Source: an uncultured Candidatus Bathyarchaeia archaeon
GTDB lineage: Archaea > Thermoproteota > Bathyarchaeia > Bathyarchaeales > Bathycorpusculaceae
Assembly (NCBI GenBank): GCA_964501075.1
Contig: CAZCRE010000001.1
Coordinates: 10,778-74,777 of the forward strand
DNA length: 64,000 nucleotides
Direction: 5' to 3'
Below the pieces are notes generated by a model. The model was not told the DNA's origin. It was given only the letters and a program-made list of their open reading frames with translations, and searched no databases. This document shows, in pieces, positions 19,667 through 30,439 of the stretch. Every line of letters starts with the position of its first letter. Positions within the stretch are counted from its first letter, which is position 1. The position numbers and the translations under genes are program-made.

Positions 19667-19950
19667 GGAAGGCATTCACAGGGCAAACAACCACATTTTG
19701 GGCACTTGTTATTATATTTACTTAAGGCGGCTCTTTCAAGATCCACCGCGACAACATTCGCAAGTGATGCTAACCAAGCAAAAACATCTGCAAACTCTTT
19801 CTCAAGTTCTTCCCTGTTTCCGTGTTGAAGAGCATCCCCCAGTTCTCCAACCTCATCCAGAAGCCACTCGTAGGTATTTTTCACGCTTCGTCTAGAATCC
19901 TTGTGGTAATACAGGCGACGCATCATTTCCTGAAAATCCCGAACGTGCAA
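19663..19950 (-). CDS. MazG-like nucleotide pyrophosphohydrolase
   Basis: LLDEVGELGDAL....ELEKEFADVFAWLASLAN (EExxE/D-type MazG helices), with a C-terminal CPKCGCLPCEC. Confidence 0.7.
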   Translation of the reverse strand: MHVRDFQEMMRRLYYHKDSRRSVKNTYEWLLDEVGELGDALQHGNREELEKEFADVFAWLASLANVVAVDLERAALSKYNNKCPKCGCLPCECLP

Positions 19951-20063
19951 ATTTGGGTCCTCCTAAACATCCTTGCATTTGCGGAAAGATAGATACTTTC
20001 TGGGTATGCATAATCTAGCCCTACTAAGAGTGCTCTATCAGAAGCTTTCGCACTTCTGTGGTA

Positions 20064-21395
20064 TCAACGGATTCTTACATACTTGTAAGCTTCTGTCGCA
20101 TTCTCGAAACAATAGTGTACTTTCTGGTAGTCTTTCCTGAACTCTGCAACATCAAGCCTCACTTTTTCTGGTGGCTCCTTGTCTATAACTACACGTTTGA
20201 TGAATTCTGCGATTTCACTCATATCCCGTTCTTTCATTCCAAGTCTGGTGATTTCTGAGACACCCAACCTTATGCCACCTGGATGCATGAAATGTCTTCC
20301 CTCCTTGATGTCCCATGGTAACAAGTTTCTGTTTATTATTACATTCGCGTTCTCAAGGGTTTCTTCAATTGTTCCGCCATCGCCATGCTTTGTAATATCG
20401 ATCAAGATTACGTGCGAGTTCGTGAAACCTTTGTGTTCTGCCAGAACATTAAACCCTCTTTCATAGAGTGCTTGAGCCAATGCCTTGGCGTTCTTGACTA
20501 CTTGGCTTGCGTATTCCTTGCCAAACTCGAGCATTTCCGCGCATGCAATCGTTAGGCCTGCAACAGCGTGCAAATGATGATTGCTTACCATTCCTGGAAA
20601 GGTTGCCTTCTTAATCTTTTCAGCGTTCCTTTCCCAAGATAATATGCCTCCATGCTGTGGCCCAAAGAATGTTTTGTGCGTGCTCAGACTGACAACATCT
20701 GCTCCTTCCCGTAGCGGATCTTGGAACTGTCCCCCAGCAATCAAGCCCGCTACATGTGCAGCGTCGTAGCCTACTGTTGCGCCCGCTGAATGAACAGCTT
20801 CAGCAAGCTCCTTGACAGGATGTGGGAATGGGAAGACGCTTGCGCCAAACATAACAAATCTTGGTGGCTTGCCCTTTGAAACGAGTTCTTGAATTTTGCT
20901 CTTCGCTTTGTCAACATCTATGTTAAGCTCTTTGTAATCCAAAGGAAGATATTCAACGATCAAACCCTTAACTGCGCCAGCAGTGCCACCTAACTCTTTC
21001 TTGCCCGATGTAATATGCCCCCCACATGGAATGGACAATGCTAGCAATATGTCGCTTGGCTCTGTGAAAGCTGTGTAAACAGCGAGGTTTGCTACGACGC
21101 CTGATATCGGTCTGACATCGACAAATTCGGCATTGTAGAGTTTTTTCATTAGTTCGATGCATTTGAATTCTATTTTGTCTATGAAGCGACAACCTGCGTA
21201 AACGCGTTCTCCCGGCCATCCTTCAGCATAGCGGTTTCCGAAGTCTGAAATGATGGCTTCACGAACAGCTGGGCTTGGAATGTTTTCACTTGCTATGAGT
21301 GGAATGTTCTCCTGAAACCACCTGTGATGTTGTTGAAGAACTTCGAAGGCTTGGTCATATTCCTCTCGATTGGTGGGCATAACGGGCACCTTCAC
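20064..21395 (-). CDS. glyA: serine hydroxymethyltransferase
   Basis: 443 aa. PLP-lysine context SLSTHKTFFGPQHG; LIASENIPSP near the N-terminus. Confidence 0.92.
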   Translation of the reverse strand: MKVPVMPTNREEYDQAFEVLQQHHRWFQENIPLIASENIPSPAVREAIISDFGNRYAEGWPGERVYAGCRFIDKIEFKCIELMKKLYNAEFVDVRPISGVVANLAVYTAFTEPSDILLALSIPCGGHITSGKKELGGTAGAVKGLIVEYLPLDYKELNIDVDKAKSKIQELVSKGKPPRFVMFGASVFPFPHPVKELAEAVHSAGATVGYDAAHVAGLIAGGQFQDPLREGADVVSLSTHKTFFGPQHGGILSWERNAEKIKKATFPGMVSNHHLHAVAGLTIACAEMLEFGKEYASQVVKNAKALAQALYERGFNVLAEHKGFTNSHVILIDITKHGDGGTIEETLENANVIINRNLLPWDIKEGRHFMHPGGIRLGVSEITRLGMKERDMSEIAEFIKRVVIDKEPPEKVRLDVAEFRKDYQKVHYCFENATEAYKYVRIR

Positions 21396-21494
21396 ATAAA
21401 GCTATCACACACTCAAAAATTAAAACTCTTCGGAGTAACATAACCTTAATAATGAAGAAAATCGTAGGATAACTTTGATACAAGGGGAATATTG

Positions 21495-21662
21495 GTGAGC
21501 AAGAAGAAGAAAGAACGATCTGGTCCGATGCCAGCCGCAAGTGCAGGGCTACTAAGGTTCTTTGAAGAAGAAACCGAAGGCATCAAAGTTCGACCGGAAA
21601 TCCTTGTAGTTGCATCGATAGCGTTAATAGTCATATGCGTCTTGGCTCAAGTATTCTTCTAG
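21495..21662 (+). CDS. secG: preprotein translocase subunit Sec61beta (archaeal SecG), 55 aa
   Basis: Hand translation gives VSKKKKERSGPMPAASAGLLRFFEEETEGIKVRPEILVVASIALIVICVLAQVFF*. It shows the SAGL(L/I)RFF motif and a C-terminal TM anchor. GTG start preceded by aaGGGGaa; an alternative ATG lies at 21528. It is below the track's length cut-off. Confidence 0.8.
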   Translation: MSKKKKERSGPMPAASAGLLRFFEEETEGIKVRPEILVVASIALIVICVLAQVFF

Positions 21663-21673
21663 TGCCTTGATGG

Positions 21674-21961
21674 TCATCGCCGTGAAGGCAGATGTAGAAC
21701 TTCTATTCGTTGGACAGAGTTCAGGTGAATGAATATTTCACTTCTTTCCTCTCTGCTGGCAACCTGCGGTATGGGTTGAGCGATGGTTGCGCGCAGAATA
21801 ACTGCTTCGGCGTTTGAAAGCCATATGCCTGCGGGTTCACGGGTGACGGCTACCAAAGTGCCTTCAAAACCATAGGCAGGATCCACGATAGCTCGTATTT
21901 CCTTTCCTACATTCTTCTCCAGCATGTGAAATATCGTCAAAGGAATATTTGTCTCTGGCAT
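21674..21961 (-). CDS. hypothetical protein, possibly Sm-like fold
   Basis: 95 aa. GFEGTLVAVTREPAGIWLSNAEAVI and EIFIHLNSVQRIEVL loosely resemble Sm1/Sm2 motifs. Weak evidence. Confidence 0.35.
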   Translation of the reverse strand: MPETNIPLTIFHMLEKNVGKEIRAIVDPAYGFEGTLVAVTREPAGIWLSNAEAVILRATIAQPIPQVASREERSEIFIHLNSVQRIEVLHLPSRR

Positions 21962-22189
21962 GAGACTTGCAAAACCCTAGTTGTTTACGTTTTACAGATA
22001 AGACACTTGTCCTTCTTAAAGTGTTTGTTTTTGTGTAGTCGTGAAAACCCGAGCTTTCACGCCATTTCCTATTGCTTACCTCAATGATGATTAATTGCAC
22101 TATTCTATGAAATCGGTGTTTGCGAATTCTGTATTGGTTTTACAACACTTTAATATGCTTAGTTTTGTCTTGAGACTTCATTTGAGGGG

Positions 22190-24016
22190 ATGAAAGTGGC
22201 AACTGCAGAATCATTAAGTCAGTCTATGAATAGCGTGGTCAAGCACTATGCATCTCTATTTAGGCTTCCTTCATATGAGAAGGTTATCTTACTTCAAGCA
22301 TTGATCTGCGTGGGTTGTTGGGTGTGCTCTGCTCTGATTCTCTTTCGTACTATCGAGGGGGTGCTTCTCGGTTTTTCACTAGGTTGGCTTCTATTTGTGA
22401 TTGGGTTCTTTTTTGATTATTTGTCAAACATATTGGTCTTACGCAATGATCCGATTTACGATCTGAGGAGAACTTCTACTGTGTCCCTCTTCTCATTAGG
22501 GCTGTGGTTTTTGTTTATCCTCTTTGGATCCGCTATAGGCAGCTTGTTCGGTTTATCGTGGTGGATTAGGCTTGTTCTCTTGGGGTTTTCAGGCGTGCTA
22601 ATACTGCGCCTAATAGTTTTTCAATCATCTTCATCTACTAGTTTGGATCGTACTGTGATGATGTCACTTCTGCAGCCTTTTTCATGTTTACTGCCCTTTT
22701 TGTTGCTTTGGACACAGATGGGATATACCATCTCGCTCAGCATGTGCTTCTTCCTTGCTCTCTCACCAATAATCAGCTTCTTCTCAGCTCGGTCTTTCCT
22801 CTTTCTACTGAATCGCGTGGGTGAACAAACCCTCAAAATCCCAGCCCTATCTCTATTCAAGGCCTTTCTTCTGAACTGGGTGGTCGGCCTAAACGCTCCT
22901 TTCGAAGAATTCCTCGAAAGATTAGGCGAAGAGCAAGACGTTAATGTTTCCTTACTGAAATTTGACGCTAACAAACCCAAGGTGGTAATAGTAGTTCCTT
23001 CTGTTCATCCTGGCCCGTTCAAGAACGTCGGAAGCAGCCTTTTGCCTTCACTACTTAAAATCGCGTTGGAAGAAAGGCTTGGTTACGTTACATGCGTGAT
23101 GCTGGGCATGCAAGGTCATGAACTTGACCTAGCCTCCCAATTTCAGAATCAAAAAGTGATCAATCATGTTCTCAAATCTATGGGTTTCGAAACCAGAGAG
23201 TCGACTGCTACTCCCTCTGTAAAAGTCAGTCATGACTTGGTTACTGTATGCTGCCAAATCTTTGGTAAAACTGCTTTTCTATCCTTCACGCTTGCCCCAA
23301 ACACGACTGAAGACCTTCCACAAGAGTTGGGTCTGTTTGTACGGCAAGAATCGGAGAAGCATGGTCTAGCTTGTTGTGTTGCGGTAAACGCGCACAATAG
23401 TATCAATAATGCCCTACAAATGCCTGTTGCGTTAGAAACACTTAAAGCCGCTGCAGCTGCCTGTTTGAAGAGGGCAACATCACTAAAGAAACTCCCTTTT
23501 CAAGTGGGGGCATCCACGATCATACCCCAGGAATTCAGTCTTGAGGATGGCATGGGCGTTGGTGGCATTACGGTAACTACGGTCAAAGTGGGTGAGCAGA
23601 AAACTGCCTATGTAGTGATTGATGGGAACAACATGGTTTCGGGACTGCGTGAGAAGATACTTTCGACCCTTCATATTTTGAATATTGATGAGGGTGAAAT
23701 ATTCACCACAGATACGCATTCTGTGAGTGCTGTGATATTGGGTAAGCGGGGCTATCACCCTATAGGTGAAGTCATGGACAATGAGAAGCTGATAGACTAC
23801 ATCAAAGAAGCTGCTCTCAAGGCTTTATCCTCATTGGAACCAGCTAAGGCAGCTTGCAGTGACGTCATTATACCCAAGGTTAAAGTCATAGGTGAGAAAC
23901 GTCTGTTCGCATTGTCTCTTCTCATAGAACGATCTCTCCAAAGAGCAAGAAGAGTTGTGATTCCTCTTTTCGGCTCCATAGGACTTGTCTTGATGTTGTT
24001 TTTGCTCCTTGTTTAA
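22190..24016 (+). CDS. polytopic membrane protein with large C-terminal domain (DUF2070-like)
   Basis: 608 aa. About 6-7 N-terminal TM helices, then a soluble region with VPSVHPGPFKNVGSSLLPS, and a terminal TM helix. The layout recalls archaeal DUF2070 proteins. Confidence 0.55.
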   Translation: MKVATAESLSQSMNSVVKHYASLFRLPSYEKVILLQALICVGCWVCSALILFRTIEGVLLGFSLGWLLFVIGFFFDYLSNILVLRNDPIYDLRRTSTVSLFSLGLWFLFILFGSAIGSLFGLSWWIRLVLLGFSGVLILRLIVFQSSSSTSLDRTVMMSLLQPFSCLLPFLLLWTQMGYTISLSMCFFLALSPIISFFSARSFLFLLNRVGEQTLKIPALSLFKAFLLNWVVGLNAPFEEFLERLGEEQDVNVSLLKFDANKPKVVIVVPSVHPGPFKNVGSSLLPSLLKIALEERLGYVTCVMLGMQGHELDLASQFQNQKVINHVLKSMGFETRESTATPSVKVSHDLVTVCCQIFGKTAFLSFTLAPNTTEDLPQELGLFVRQESEKHGLACCVAVNAHNSINNALQMPVALETLKAAAAACLKRATSLKKLPFQVGASTIIPQEFSLEDGMGVGGITVTTVKVGEQKTAYVVIDGNNMVSGLREKILSTLHILNIDEGEIFTTDTHSVSAVILGKRGYHPIGEVMDNEKLIDYIKEAALKALSSLEPAKAACSDVIIPKVKVIGEKRLFALSLLIERSLQRARRVVIPLFGSIGLVLMLFLLLV

Positions 24017-24087
24017 CCCAATATTAATATGGTAGACTTTTCAGAAGTCTCATTCGAGCAACCTACCGCCTAAAGCTTACGCCCTGA

Positions 24088-24360
24088 TTGCGCAAGGTAA
24101 CATTCAGCATATTAAAGAAAGAAAAGGTTGAGATGGGTATGGGGAAAATTGAAGTAGATGAAGAATTCTGTAAGGGGTGTGGCCTTTGCGTCAATGCATG
24201 TCCGCAAAAACTTATTCGTATTTCTAGTCGTGTCAGCAAGAAAGGTTATCATCCAGCCGAATTTGTTGGCTCTCTGAACAAGTGCTCAGGTTGCACTCTG
24301 TGTGCTTTGGTCTGCCCAGACGTAGCCATTACAGTTTACCGTGAAAAGAAAAAGGTCTGA
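24088..24360 (+). CDS. 2-oxoacid:ferredoxin oxidoreductase delta subunit (2x[4Fe-4S] ferredoxin)
   Basis: CKGCGLCVNACP and CSGCTLCALVCP motifs. The likely start is the ATG near 24133. Confidence 0.85.
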   Translation: MRKVTFSILKKEKVEMGMGKIEVDEEFCKGCGLCVNACPQKLIRISSRVSKKGYHPAEFVGSLNKCSGCTLCALVCPDVAITVYREKKKV

Positions 24361-24366
24361 GAAAAG

Positions 24367-25431
24367 ATGACTGAAAGGAAGTTTATGGCCGGAAATGAAG
24401 CAATAGCAGAGGCTGCTATTCAAGCAGGTTGCCGATACTATTTTGGCTACCCGATAACACCCCAAAATGAAATAGGTGAATATCTTTCATGGCGTCTCCC
24501 AGAAGTAGGCGGAACCTACCTTCAAGCAGAAAGTGAAGTGGCCGCTATATACATGGTGTTTGGAGCTGCTGGCGCAGGCGTAAGAGCAATGACATCATCA
24601 TCAAGCCCTGGAATCAGTCTCATGCAGGAAGGGATCTCGTACATTGCTGCAGCTGAACTTCCATGCGTTTTGGTGAACATGATGCGAGGAGGGCCAGGGC
24701 TTGGCGGAATTCACCCTTCGCAGTCGGATTACTTCCAGGCAACCAAGGGAGGGGGCCACGGCGACTACCACCTGCTCGTACTGGCTCCATCTACTGGTCA
24801 AGAAGCCGCTAACCTTACCATGCTGGCCTTTGATCTCGCTGATAAGTATCTGAACCCGGTCATGATTTTGGGTGATGGCAACATAGGTCAAATGATGGAG
24901 CCTGTGGAGTTCAGGCCGCCTGAGAAACCATTTAGAGGTTCGAAGAAAGATTGGGCTATCACAGGAGCTATTGGTGACAAGCGCAAATTGATAAAAACCC
25001 TGTATCTTGACCCAGTGATCTTGGAAAAGCGCAACTTGGAGATTGGTCGCAAACTACGTGAAGTAGTCAAGAATGAGGTGCGATTCGAATCCTACATGAC
25101 GGACGATGCCCATATAGTAATTGCTGCCTATGGAACAGTAGCAAGGATCGCAAAGACAGCCATAAAGGTTCTTCGAGGGAGAGGCTTGAAGGTGGGTTTA
25201 CTAAGGCCCATATCGCTTTATCCGTTCCCCTACCCAGCTTTTGCTCAAATGGCTGAGAGAGTGACAGATTTCTTGGTGGTCGAAATGAGCATGGGACAAA
25301 TGATTGAGGACGTGAAACTAGGCGTTTGCAACAAGAGCAGGGTGCGCTTCTACGGTCGAGTGGGTGGGATGGTTCCGAGCTATGATGAAATCATCGCAGA
25401 AGTTGAAAAGATTGCTAAGGGGGTATTGTAG
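24367..25431 (+). CDS. 2-oxoacid:ferredoxin oxidoreductase alpha subunit
   Basis: 354 aa with an N-terminus ([24 protein letters not shown]) typical of Kor/Por alpha. Substrate (2-oxoglutarate or pyruvate) cannot be resolved by eye. Confidence 0.85.
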   Translation: MTERKFMAGNEAIAEAAIQAGCRYYFGYPITPQNEIGEYLSWRLPEVGGTYLQAESEVAAIYMVFGAAGAGVRAMTSSSSPGISLMQEGISYIAAAELPCVLVNMMRGGPGLGGIHPSQSDYFQATKGGGHGDYHLLVLAPSTGQEAANLTMLAFDLADKYLNPVMILGDGNIGQMMEPVEFRPPEKPFRGSKKDWAITGAIGDKRKLIKTLYLDPVILEKRNLEIGRKLREVVKNEVRFESYMTDDAHIVIAAYGTVARIAKTAIKVLRGRGLKVGLLRPISLYPFPYPAFAQMAERVTDFLVVEMSMGQMIEDVKLGVCNKSRVRFYGRVGGMVPSYDEIIAEVEKIAKGVL

Positions 25432-25433
25432 AC

Positions 25434-26177
25434 ATGGAAATGGTTTTTGGAAGACCTAGAACGCTGACTTCGGCGAGCACACACTATTGCCCAGGTTGCG
25501 GTCATGGAATCATCCACAGGCTAGTGGCTGAAGTGATAGATGAACTTGGCATTAGAGAGAAGACTGTGGCTGTTGCTCCAGTGGGTTGCGCTGTCTTGCT
25601 CTACAATTACTTTGATCTTGATGCATACGAAGCCGCGCATGGACGCGCCCCAGCTATAGCAACAGGGTGCAAGCGAGTTCATCCTGAACTGGTAGTATTC
25701 ACCTATCAGGGTGATGGGGATCTTGCAGCAATAGGCACGGCGGAAATAGTTCACGCAGCGGCTCGTGGAGAACGAATCACTACTATATTCGTAAACAACG
25801 CGATCTACGGAATGACTGGAGGACAAATGGCGCCTACCACACTTATTGGTCAAAAAACCACAACCACTACGAATGGCAGAATGCCAGAGAAGGCAGGTTA
25901 CCCCATAAGGGTTTGTGAAATGCTCGCAACTCTTGAAGGTGCATCCTATATTTCCAGAGTAAGTGTAAGTAACTCCAAGAACATAATTCAGGCTAAGAAA
26001 GCAATCAAGAAGGCCTTTGAAACGCAAATCAAGAATCTGGGCTTCTCTTTGGTAGAAGTCTTATCCCAGTGCCCCACAAATTGGCACATGACGCCTGTTG
26101 AATCAACAAAATGGGTTGACGAAAAAATGGCTTCCTACTTTCCGTTGGGTGAGTTTAAGGGTCCGAAGGAGACATAA
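25434..26177 (+). CDS. 2-oxoacid:ferredoxin oxidoreductase beta subunit (TPP-binding)
   Basis: CPGCGHG and GDGD...NN TPP motifs; 247 aa. Confidence 0.85.
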   Translation: MEMVFGRPRTLTSASTHYCPGCGHGIIHRLVAEVIDELGIREKTVAVAPVGCAVLLYNYFDLDAYEAAHGRAPAIATGCKRVHPELVVFTYQGDGDLAAIGTAEIVHAAARGERITTIFVNNAIYGMTGGQMAPTTLIGQKTTTTTNGRMPEKAGYPIRVCEMLATLEGASYISRVSVSNSKNIIQAKKAIKKAFETQIKNLGFSLVEVLSQCPTNWHMTPVESTKWVDEKMASYFPLGEFKGPKET

Positions 26178-26179
26178 AC

Positions 26180-26761
26180 ATGGCCGAAACGAAAAGCGAG
26201 AAACTGTATAAAGGTATTGTGATGGCGGGTTTCGGCGGCCAAGGTTTGATGTTTATTGGAAAACTGTTAGCGTACAGTGCCATGAAAGAAGGCAGACATG
26301 TAACATGGATTCCATCGTATGGACCCGAAATGCGCGGTGGCACTGCTAACTGCACAGTCATAATCTCAAACGAGGAGATAGGCTCACCTGTCACAACTCA
26401 TCCTCACGCAGCAATCATTATGAACAATCCTTCATTTGAGGCCTTTGAGCCACGTCTACAAACCGGCGGATTACTGCTATTCAGTAGTTCAATGGTCAAT
26501 CGCCCAATAACTAGGCATGACCTCAAGATGATGGCTGTCCCAGCAACTGAGATTGCCACATCCGCAGGCACCGAGAAAGCAGCCAACATGGTCATGCTTG
26601 GGACATACATTGCTCTTACGCGAATCGTCAGCAAAGAAAGCGTTATTTCGGGTCTGAAGGAACTCTTCGGCAAGAAGCTTGATCTCTTTGAAGTGAACGT
26701 GCGTGCACTTGAAGAAGGCATGAAGTTTGCCAGCAAACAACTAGCCAAGCAGCTTGCCTAA
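26180..26761 (+). CDS. 2-oxoacid:ferredoxin oxidoreductase gamma subunit
   Basis: GFGGQGLMFIGKLLA motif. It is the fourth gene of a tightly spaced delta-alpha-beta-gamma operon. Confidence 0.85.
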   Translation: MAETKSEKLYKGIVMAGFGGQGLMFIGKLLAYSAMKEGRHVTWIPSYGPEMRGGTANCTVIISNEEIGSPVTTHPHAAIIMNNPSFEAFEPRLQTGGLLLFSSSMVNRPITRHDLKMMAVPATEIATSAGTEKAANMVMLGTYIALTRIVSKESVISGLKELFGKKLDLFEVNVRALEEGMKFASKQLAKQLA

Positions 26762-26981
26762 CTATTGTCTTTGTTCACTACACATTCAGGAGCCACCCGA
26801 ACCACTATCTGCTCTCACCTCTTACGGAAAGATATAAGAACCCAAAATCTATGATATTAACCACTTCGTATTGGCTAACCGCTAACAGACAAAAGGATGG
26901 AGATATGATCTGACAGAATCAAAACAGAAGAAGGAGACGAAAAGAAAGGAAAAACCCTCAAAGCCGAAGGCACAGAAGGAC

Positions 26982-27293
26982 GTGCCAAAAGCCGCACCAA
27001 GAGTAGAACCAAGAGCAGAAGCTACAGAAAAAATCGTGTATGTCGGTCAAAAACCAGTGAAGAACTATGTGATTGCCTGTCTTATGTCATTCAATGCAGG
27101 CTCAAACCCAATAGTCATCAAAGCCAGAGGAAGAGCAATATGCAAAGCTGTTGATACTGTTGAACTGCTCAGACGAGCATTCTTGAAAGACTCGAGACTT
27201 CAAAGTATAGCCATTAGCACGGAGCAGGTGACCAGAGAAGGAAATCGAAAGGCAAACGTCTCAACTATCGAGATCACAGTGACTAGACCGTAA
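26982..27293 (+). CDS. albA: chromatin protein Alba
   Basis: VYVGQKPVKNYVIACLMSFNAGSNPIVIKARGRAICKAVDTVELLRR is the Alba core. GTG start; the N-terminal boundary is uncertain. Confidence 0.85.
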   Translation: MPKAAPRVEPRAEATEKIVYVGQKPVKNYVIACLMSFNAGSNPIVIKARGRAICKAVDTVELLRRAFLKDSRLQSIAISTEQVTREGNRKANVSTIEITVTRP

Positions 27294-27427
27294 ATACCTT
27301 CTTTGCGCATTTGAAATAGAAAACTGTAACACTGTTTTGCATAGCCAAACTCGGTATTTCGCCTTCTCTTTCAGCGGACAGCCATAGGTAATTATATAAA
27401 ACCGTTTTTTCTAACCTTTACAATCTC

Positions 27428-28774
27428 ATGGTGATATTGATGAGTGCTTACCCTAAAATCGTCGTCACTCCACCAGGACCAAAAGCAAGAGAATTCGTCA
27501 AAAAAGATGAAAGCCTGATTTCCCCTTCATATGGACGTTTCTATCCACTCGTAGTAGAATCTGCAAAAGGCTGTATAGTCAAAGACGTTGATGGAAATGA
27601 GTTCATCGATTTTAACTCCGGCCTAGTGTGCATGAACGTTGGGCATAGTCATCCTAAAGTTGTGTCGGCAATAAAGAATCAATGTGATCGCTTTTTGCAC
27701 TACTCCAACACAGACTTCTACTACAAGGAAGTCATCGAGTTGGCAGAAAAGCTCGCGAAAATCACGCCTGGAACACCTGACAAGAAAGTCTATTTTGGCA
27801 ACAGTGGAGCTGAGGCTATTGAAGCCGCGGTCAAGCTTGCAAAATGGCACAGTCGCAAGCAGCTTTTCATCGGTTTTATCAGCGCTTTTCACGGTCGCAC
27901 GGTCGGCGCCTTATCGTTTACTGCCAGCAAACCAACACAGAAACGGTACTTTTTCCCATTAATGCCAGGCGTTACACACGTGCCTTATCCATATTGCTAT
28001 CGTTGTCCATTCAAGCTGACCTATCCTGAGTGCCATTACTGGTGCGTGGACTTTATCGACGAATATGTTTTGCAGAAATACGTGCCTCCGGAAGACACGG
28101 CTGCAATACTGTTTGAAGCAATACAAGGTGAAGGTGGTTATGTGGTTCCGCCGCCAGAATATGGTCAGCGCTTGAAGAAACTTGCAGACAAGTATGGTTT
28201 GCTGTTCATAGTCGATGAGGTACAATCAGGCATCGGCCGAACCGGAAAATGGTGGGCAATCGAACATTGGAACGTTGAACCAGACATTGTGTGTAGCGCG
28301 AAGGGATTGGCATCCGGATTACCTCTTGGTGCGACAATCGCGAAATCAAAGGTGATGGACTGGGTTCCAGGCTCACATGCAAGCACTTTTGGTGGCAACC
28401 CATTGTCATGCGTCGCTGCAAGCGCAGTTATAGACATCATACAGGAAGAGAAGCTCCTAGATAATGCGACCAAGCAAGGCGCTTACATAATGAAAAGGCT
28501 GGAAGAGCTGAAGGGCAAAAGCGAAATTGTGGGCGACGTAAGAGGCAAAGGGCTGATGATTGGTGTTGAGATCGTTGAAGATAAGGAAAGCAAGAAACCA
28601 GCAGCGCAAAAGGCCAGCGAGATCATGACGCGATCATGGAAACGAGGGGTTAACGTGATCACTTGTGGGGCTTCAACCATCAGAATTGCACCGCCACTTG
28701 TCATTACCAGAGAGCTTGTGGACGCTGCTTTGGACATAATTGAGGACTCGATAAGAGAGGTTGAAAAGGCCTAG
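27428..28774 (+). CDS. class III PLP aminotransferase (4-aminobutyrate/acetylornithine aminotransferase-like)
   Basis: 448 aa. GNSGAEAIE, DEVQSGIGRTG and the SAKGLASGLPLGA PLP-lysine context. Confidence 0.85.
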   Translation: MVILMSAYPKIVVTPPGPKAREFVKKDESLISPSYGRFYPLVVESAKGCIVKDVDGNEFIDFNSGLVCMNVGHSHPKVVSAIKNQCDRFLHYSNTDFYYKEVIELAEKLAKITPGTPDKKVYFGNSGAEAIEAAVKLAKWHSRKQLFIGFISAFHGRTVGALSFTASKPTQKRYFFPLMPGVTHVPYPYCYRCPFKLTYPECHYWCVDFIDEYVLQKYVPPEDTAAILFEAIQGEGGYVVPPPEYGQRLKKLADKYGLLFIVDEVQSGIGRTGKWWAIEHWNVEPDIVCSAKGLASGLPLGATIAKSKVMDWVPGSHASTFGGNPLSCVAASAVIDIIQEEKLLDNATKQGAYIMKRLEELKGKSEIVGDVRGKGLMIGVEIVEDKESKKPAAQKASEIMTRSWKRGVNVITCGASTIRIAPPLVITRELVDAALDIIEDSIREVEKA

Positions 28775-28788
28775 CTTGCGTATTTGCA

Positions 28789-29216
28789 TGAAAATACGAC
28801 GACTCACAATAAACGATTACGATAAAATTACACGACTTTGGACCAGAGCGAATCTGGCATTTAAACCAAAAGCGCGTGACAGCTTGGAAGCTATAGCTAA
28901 CCAGATGGTTGTGCACCCTGACTTTTTTCTTGGTGCATTCGAAGACGATCGCCTCGTCGGCATAGCGGTCCTGAGTTCAGACGTGCGAAAAGGTTGGATA
29001 AACCGCTTAGCTGTTGATCCGAATCACAGAAGACATGGCATTGCCAAAGCTTTGATCAAAGAATCCGAAGAAATACTTCGAAAACATGGCGTCAAGTTGT
29101 TCTGTGCATTGGTAGACGATGACAACACAGCATCTAAGGATCTCTTTAGAACATGTGATTACGTTGAGCATCGGGACATAATTTATTTCAGCAAGCGGGA
29201 AAACGAAGAAGTCTAG
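28789..29216 (+). CDS. GNAT family N-acetyltransferase
   Basis: The RLAVDPNHRRHGIAKALI acetyl-CoA motif. The ATG at 28789 (MKIRRLTINDYDK) avoids overlap with the upstream gene. Confidence 0.75.
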
Positions 29217-29265
29217 TGTGTCTTGTACAGCCTTCTATAAGAAGTCGAGCAGTGTAAAGTAGCCT

Positions 29266-29841
29266 TTAGAATTTGCTCGGTTTTGCTATGATCTCCTTTA
29301 TCTTCAGGTTGAAAAACGTTGCAGCATGAGTCGGTTGTATTCTGAGGGCAGTGTCAGCGCCTCTGCCTGTTCCGCCTATGGCGATGACATCTTTGTCAGT
29401 TGGTATCAATCCTGCGTCCGCCGCCATCAGCGTTATCTCTACGCAAACTTTTGTTCCCTCCCCCATTAATCTGAGAACGTTTGCAATCAATTCTAGGGGT
29501 TGTATCGTGCCGAAGTCTTTGCGTATTGCGCGTTCAGCGCTGCTGAGGACGTGAGTGCCTGTGAAAATCTTTGCCCCGTTTGCCGTGATCTCCTGCTTAT
29601 GATCCTCTTGCAGTTCTGTCTTTCCAGGGTCTTTGAAACCGTATGAGTGGGTTACTACAATAACGTTGTGGCCTTTGAACAGTTTAGATGCTTTGGCTCC
29701 TGTTTCGCCGGTTGTTGAAGCAACCACTATGTTTTCTATGTTTTCCTTTTCTGCGTAGTTCTTAGTCAACGTCAGTAGATTATCGGTGTTCTCTTTTCCG
29801 GTTTCCTCAAAGTACGTGGTTTTCTTTTCTTTGAAGCTCAT
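29266..29841 (-). CDS. pyruvate kinase C-terminal (alpha/beta) domain-like protein
   Basis: 191 aa. IVVASTTGETGAKA and VIAIGGTGRGADTAL resemble the stand-alone PK_C-like family. Confidence 0.55.
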   Translation of the reverse strand: MSFKEKKTTYFEETGKENTDNLLTLTKNYAEKENIENIVVASTTGETGAKASKLFKGHNVIVVTHSYGFKDPGKTELQEDHKQEITANGAKIFTGTHVLSSAERAIRKDFGTIQPLELIANVLRLMGEGTKVCVEITLMAADAGLIPTDKDVIAIGGTGRGADTALRIQPTHAATFFNLKIKEIIAKPSKF

Positions 29842-29851
29842 TTGTTTTTCC

Positions 29852-30430
29852 TCATTTTTGATTGCTGACCGTTTCTTGATATGGTTCTTTTTGAATGATG
29901 CTCATGCTTTTTCCTTTTACTGGTTTTCTTTTCAGTGGTGTGCCACACACTTCGCATGTTTTTTGTTTGCTGTCTGCCGGGTATTTTCGGTGACATGCTG
30001 GGCAATATCTTATCCAGTGTAGGCGGCGACGGATTCCGTACGTTGCGAGCGAAACGAATTCTATGCCTACTTGGTTTGCGACGTTCTGTATTGAATAGTC
30101 GTCGGTAACTATCAATGGAGTGTATCCCTCAGTCTTGAGTTCGAGAGCCAATGCCAAAACTTGAAGGTCCGTCTCTGACAGGAAAAACGTGTCTCCGACG
30201 ACTGTTGCTGAAGCTTTAATCCTGCTCAGTGATATTTCGTTTGGTATCCTAACCCTAAGCTTTCCATTTTCAACCGCTATTTTGAATCTGACATCTGACA
30301 TGGAATTCTCTGCTATTTCGTCTTTGACCTTTGGAACAGTGTAATGTTCCCCCTCTATTGAGAGGGGATCAAAACCAGCTATCAAAGCAGATGTGTCCAA
30401 GACCACTGCTTTTTTCAAGGTGTTGTCCAC
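29852..30430 (-). CDS. nob1: endoribonuclease Nob1 homologue (PIN domain + zinc ribbon)
   Basis: An N-terminal PIN domain (VVLDTSALI ... TDDYSIQNVA) and a C-terminal CPACH...CEVCG ribbon. Confidence 0.75.
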   Translation of the reverse strand: MDNTLKKAVVLDTSALIAGFDPLSIEGEHYTVPKVKDEIAENSMSDVRFKIAVENGKLRVRIPNEISLSRIKASATVVGDTFFLSETDLQVLALALELKTEGYTPLIVTDDYSIQNVANQVGIEFVSLATYGIRRRLHWIRYCPACHRKYPADSKQKTCEVCGTPLKRKPVKGKSMSIIQKEPYQETVSNQK

Positions 30431-30439
30431 GGGGTCTTC

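Noticed and set aside
22083-22140. C-box-like AATGATGA upstream of the DUF2070-like gene
   Set aside because: No canonical D box (CTGA) at the right spacing and no terminal stem, so it is probably promoter-region sequence.
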